Source: Octopus sinensis (Eukaryota). From it: a DNA stretch of 64,000 bases. The translations under genes and the position numbers were made by a program. The stretch covers positions 133,982,001 through 134,046,000 of the forward strand of contig NC_043000.1 in NCBI RefSeq assembly GCF_006345805.1, in the 5' to 3' direction. The notes under the pieces were generated by a model that did no database searches, was not told the DNA's origin, and saw only the letters and a list, made by a program, of their open reading frames with translations. Positions 59,003 to 64,000 of this stretch are shown one piece after another. Position 1 is the first letter of the stretch, and each line of letters begins with the position of its first letter.

Positions 59003-59403
59003 ATTCTTTTATTCATTTCAGTCATCTTGACAGCAGCCATGCTGGAGCACCGCCTTTAGTCTAACAAATCAACCCCAGGATTTATTCTTTGTAAGCCTAG
59101 TACTTATTGTGTCAGTTTCTTTTGCTGAACCACTAAGTTACAGGCACACCAACATTAGTTGTCAAGTGATGGTAGGGGGTGCAAACACAAACACACAAAA
59201 ATACATAAACACACACACACACAGATATATATATATATATATTTATATACAACAGGCTTCTTTCAGTTTCCATCTACCAAGTCCACTCACAAGGTTTTGG
59301 TTGGCCCAAGACTGTAGCAGAAGACACTTGCCAAAGGTGCCACACAGTGGGACTGAACTCAGAACCATGTAGTTAGTAAGTAAGCTACTTACCATACAGC
59401 CAC
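59003..59403 (-). mobile_element. Full-length SINE type A, older
   Basis: Same architecture as 3796-4205 with CpG decay. Confidence 0.88.
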
Positions 59404-59589
59404 ACATCTTAATTCTCATTGACAGCTTTTACTGTGCCTAGGGTTCAATTGAACTCAGCTTATTAGCCTATAAGAAAACTGGTGAACTCATGCTGATTTC
59501 AAAAATGTCAGCATGTGTATATATAAAAAAGTTTACAGAATGAGATAAAAATCCAAGGCTGTAAAGATTTCAGAACATTTATAAATAGA

Positions 59590-61060
59590 AGATCTTACAG
59601 CTGTTTCCAGGATATTTTATATATCCCTTAATTGGAGATGGTGCAAGGAAATGGTTAAGCAATAGTTATTCTAGATAAGATATGAAATAGAGAGTGAAGT
59701 GGAGAAATGAAAATAGACGTGAGATATGCAGGGATATTGTATCTTCAGTTCCATTATTTAGGTAGAATGATATACATATAAGATACCTGTACCTTGTGAT
59801 TAAGTTCCAATAGTATTGAAAATTGGTCATTCCAAGCATAGAGTTTGTAAACGGTGTTATTGAATCGAGGGTTTTTTTGAAGTGACTTAAAAGTTGGGAA
59901 TGTGTTTTTAAGGTCACATCAAAAACAGAAAGAGAGGGAAAAAGAAAGGATTAAAGAACGGCAGGGAGAGAGATAATAGACAAATGAAGAGAGGGAAAGT
60001 GTACTGGTTAGTGGTCAGTCAGGATAAATTGATAGAAGGTATGTGGAGGTGAGGGTGATAGAGAGAAAAAGATATGAGAGTGTAAAGAGTAAAGGAGTGT
60101 CAGGTATGTAGTGATAGAGCCTAAGTGAGGAGCAGAGAGAGGGGCAGGAGTAGTAAAATGGTGGAATAAAGAATTTGGGAATATATGTTAGGTTACTTAG
60201 AGGACAGGTCAGTGCTTAGTAGTAGAAGAATATATGTGAAGATGTATGCACATGCATATATTAAACATGTATATAGCTATTTATACACATCAACACCTAC
60301 ACATACAACACATACTCATATGTATATGTACATACACACACCCATATAGACATGTCTCCGTATGTATTATCACCCCTGCACACGCAAGTATATATAGCTT
60401 GCATACACACATACATACACTCACACACTCACACACATACACACACATACACACACATACACATGTACGCAAGCATATACATACAAATACAATTAAATGA
60501 TTGTGATATTCAAGTATGAAAGAGGAATTAGATAGGGATTAGGAGTTAAAAATGTAGATTTACAAGGTAGATTTACAAATACTAAGGAGTATTATGGAAA
60601 TATACTGTATAGTCATTTAGGCATTTGGATTTGTGGTAGAATTTGAATGTGTGAAAAAAGTAGTGGTTGCATGTGCTTAGTGCCTCATTATGTTTATTTA
60701 GCAGTGTTGGAGAGTCGTGCTTTGAAATGTTGTGCTTTAATAAGCACCTCCTTCAGGCAAAGCTTGCAGGTTAAGCATTGACCTCGGTAGGGAACCCCTG
60801 AATCCAGTATGGACCATGATAAAGTATAGGGTATATTTGTATTTTTGAGATGATGTATGTGGTTGGTGAGTGTTGTAGATTTGCTATGTTTATTGTATCT
60901 AAAAGAATGGAGGTGAGCAGCATATCGTTTATGTATTTGTTTTGCAAGCTTCCAGATGTGAAATTATGTTTTAAAACAGATATTACTATATTTAGGGATG
61001 GTCATCTTTTGCCAATAAACACATGCACAATCTATTTGATCTTCGCTTTAGTGTTATTCA
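59590..61060 (-). mobile_element. Decayed Penelope-like element 3' part: GIY-YIG endonuclease C-terminus, low-complexity 3' UTR, terminal hammerhead relic
   Basis: About 60700-60960 minus: KRYAAHLHSFRYNKHSKSTTLTNHIHHLKNTNIPYTLSWSILDSGVPYRGQCLTCKLCLKE (H..SF..T.L..H..L..WSIL..C.LCL.E pattern of PLE endonucleases). Confidence 0.75.
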
Positions 61061-61177
61061 AAAGGGAATACAGAAGAAGACCAAAGAGAAGAGGAGATCC
61101 CCAGGGACTGAACGTTGCTGAAGAGATCACAGAATGTAGGATGAAAGAACTCTAACAAATAAACTAATAATAATGAT

Positions 61178-61543
61178 AACAAATACACTCAGTGAGTGCA
61201 AACCTCCACCAAGGCGACACCAACATCCTCTCAACGATTAGCCAGAGATGATTTTTAAAATTGAACATCTGAAATAAACTTGACTCACAAATGAGAATAC
61301 TAAAAACTGAACCTGACCACTCTTAAAAATTAAGCAAAAAAAAAACAGAAAAAATAATCGAGAATCCTTGTCCAGTACTGGATTGATCCTAAAATTTAAT
61401 CAGTTTGTGCCAGTCACAAGGCCAAACATCCCTAAAAGTTTTATCCAAATCCATCTAGCGGTTCTTGAGATATCTTGTCCATGGACAAACAAACAAACAC
61501 AACTGAAAACAATACCTCTGCTTTCACTAAGGCAGAGGTAATA
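61178..61543 (+). mobile_element. Helentron-associated (HINE/DINE-like) non-autonomous element
   Basis: 5' AACAAATACACTCAGTGAGTGCAAACCTCCACCAAGG; (CAAA)n; 3' stem-loop TACCTCTGC..GCAGAGGTA followed by ATAA. Confidence 0.6.
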
Positions 61544-62139
61544 AAGCTAAAGTGAAGATCAACTATGCATATGTTTATTGAAAAAAGTTGATCATCCCTA
61601 ACTAGAACAAATTCATTTTTGCTTCTCTTTTTCTGTTATGTATCCAAGATTATTAATATGCTGACTGACATGAATTTTATCTTTGAGTATACTTAAAATT
61701 TTATATGGATATGTGTCAGTCTCAGAATATTTTTTATGGATGTAAATTAACTGGTATTTAGACATCTAATATATTAATTGCTTTTCTCTGATATTCTCTA
61801 TAACCATCATTATTTTATCAATGATTAATATCCACATTTACTTGCATGCATAGATTATATGAAATTGATCGAGGCAGATATTCTATGACCAGATGCTGTT
61901 CCTGTCACCACCTTTCAGCTGTTTTCATGCAAGATAATATTTCCTCAGTGTTTCATGTGTCTTTATGGAAGATTAAAAATGAATAACACTGCATGTAAGG
62001 TTGTGATCCTCATTTGCAACCTTTGTGTGATGTTAAGACAAGGAAAAACAAACAACATGCACAAACACAAACATGCATACATGCATGCAAACAGACATAT
62101 ATACATATGCATGTCATGCATTCCCTATGGAAGCCCCTT

Positions 62140-62790
62140 TGGTGCCACAGCTCTATCTTCCTGAATATGAAACTTTGCATCTACAATGCATCAGTCCTCT
62201 ATATTCTCCTCTATGGAACAGAAACAAAGCCCTAAAGCTCTTGGCAAAGGGGATCAACAGCCCTAGCAGAACCCTGAGGACCATTAACCCTTTCGTTACT
62301 GTATTTATTTTGAGATGCTCTGTACTACTTTCAATTACTTTAAATATAACAAAGAATTTAGTAAAATAATTTAGTTATCATTCAGCTAGTTTTAGGAACA
62401 TAAATTGTGACAAAGGTTTGGTGGAAGATTTTAGTTCAAAACTTTTGAAAACAGAGCCAGAGCCGGTTTCAGCCAGGCTGGTAACGAAAGGGTTAAAGAG
62501 CTTTGTACATGCACATATCAGTCATCAGGTTCTCACCTCATAGGCATCCATCACACGTGCTGGTATGGACGTTTCCTCTACCTCTCATCAGATCATCCTA
62601 CTAGGGCCTAACTCTCATTTGATGCAGCAGCTGCGGACTAGAAGAGGCTCCTTGGAACGCCCTGCACTAGATGGCTGGAGATGATTAAGGAAGATTTCCA
62701 GGGGCTTGACATCACCTTGGAGGATGCAGAGGGGCTGGCACAGGATTTCCAGTGATGGGAAGCACTGGTGGTCCTGGTCAGCTTTAAACG
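62140..62790 (+). mobile_element. Decayed RTE ORF2 C-terminal fragment interrupted by a piggyBac MITE
   Basis: KLCIYNASVLYILLYGTET..; GTPCTRWLEMIKEDFQGLDITLEDAEGLAQD. Confidence 0.75.
62284..62496. mobile_element. piggyBac-type MITE
   Basis: Perfect termini TTAACCCTTTCGTTAC / GTAACGAAAGGGTTAA. Confidence 0.9.
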
Positions 62791-63391
62791 TGATGATTCC
62801 TCCGAAACCACTAATCTGAGATGATCCCAACCCCATTCTGCAAGAACATAGAGAAAGACAGAGAAAGAGATTCAATGAGCTTATTTCCAGTTTCCACTTA
62901 CCAGATCCACTAACAAGGCTTTCTTCAACCTGGCGCTGTAGTAAAAGCAATACTTGCCCAAAGTGTTGCACAGCGCTACTGAACTCAGGAAGTGAACTTT
63001 CTAACCACTCAATCATGTCTGCACCAAACCACACTTGCGCCAAGCCATACTTGTGTCATTGTCCTTTGTACATATTTTATTTTATTTTCTGATATACATT
63101 AGCTTTAGATTGTTAATTACTTAGAAATTGATCCAATGTATAATATTTATGTTCTATTATAACAGTAACACCCTGTATTTGATGTCTATATTAAATAACT
63201 GTCAATCATCCCAGTTTTGGTAGTTATATTTTTAATGCTTAAGTCTATGGCAATTGGTTTCCACTCTCCACTTAACAATGTCATATAAAGGAGCGGGGTT
63301 GCTTCTGTGTTTGTATTTGTTATGTTTGTATTTATTATTATATTATCATTTATGAATTTATATATAACTACAGAGGTATCAGAGGTATCCA

Positions 63392-64000
63392 AATAACTAC
63401 AGAGGTATCAAGCTGTTGGACCAGGTGATGAAGGTTACGGAGAGGGTCATAGCCCAACTAATTAGAGAGAGAGTTAGTTTAGATGAGATGCAGTTTGGGT
63501 TTGTGCCAGGGAAAAGTACTACTGATGCTATATTCCTGGTAAGGCAGCTGCAGGAGAAATACCTAGCCAAAGATAAGCCCCTGTACCTGGCTTTTGTTGA
63601 CATGGAGAAAGCCTTCGACAGGGTCCCCCGATCCCTTATCTGGTGGGCAATGAGGAAACTAGGGATAGATGAATGGTTAGTGAGAGCTGTGCGGGCCATG
63701 TACAGGGATGCCGCTAGTAGGGTGAGGGTTGGAAATGTGTACAGTGAAGAATTCCGGGTAGAGGTAGTAGTCCACCAAGGCTCAGTACTCAGCCCCCTCC
63801 TATTTATCATAGTCCTCCAGGCAATAACGGAGGAATTCAAGACAGGATGCCCTTGGGAGCTCCTCTATGCTGATGACCTTGCTCTAATTGCTGAGTCGCT
63901 ATCAGAACTGGAGGAGAAGTTTCAGGTGTGGAAACAAGGATTAGAATCGAAGGGCCTCAGAGTCAATCTAGCTAAAACCAAAGTCGTAATCAGTAGGAAG
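63392..64000 (+). CDS. RTE LINE ORF2 reverse transcriptase fragment (5'-truncated, runs off the window)
   Basis: Open frame NNYRGIKLLDQVMKV..LAFVDMEKAFDRV..HQGSVLSPLLF..LLYADDLALIAE..KTKVVISRK; same family as 37399-38902. Confidence 0.95.

Overview
This is AT-rich eukaryotic DNA saturated with transposable elements and microsatellites. The repeat inventory (tRNA-headed SINEs, RTE LINEs with (GAT)n tails, long TA/CA/TATG runs) suggests a coleoid cephalopod, probably Octopus; this is inference from recalled repeat families, not a database hit. I found no CRISPR array, rRNA, true tRNA gene or recognisable host protein-coding gene, only a few unverified exon candidates. Supported content: at least two RTE LINE lineages (one with an open ~500-codon RT plus PHD-like C4HC3 finger at 37.4-38.9 kb and a second copy at the right edge; one decayed lineage with a C2HC knuckle), CR1-type fragments, a decayed Gypsy LTR element with 5' LTR and PBS, several Tc1/mariner fossils, piggyBac and hAT MITEs, Helitron/Helentron-like non-autonomous elements, Penelope-like (PLE) fragments and four or more SINE types. 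The most interesting signals are structural. They include four hammerhead-ribozyme-like motifs at PLE-type ends (one with an intact CUGAUGA / stem II / GAAA core at 56169-56196), an 85-nt apparently single-copy pre-miRNA-like hairpin at 44153-44237, and a 325-bp foldback inside a cluster of inverted SINEs. Also notable are a SINE-derived 32-bp minisatellite and short self-duplications at the 5' truncation points of three RTE copies. All coordinates were read by eye, so TE edges may be off by some bases.
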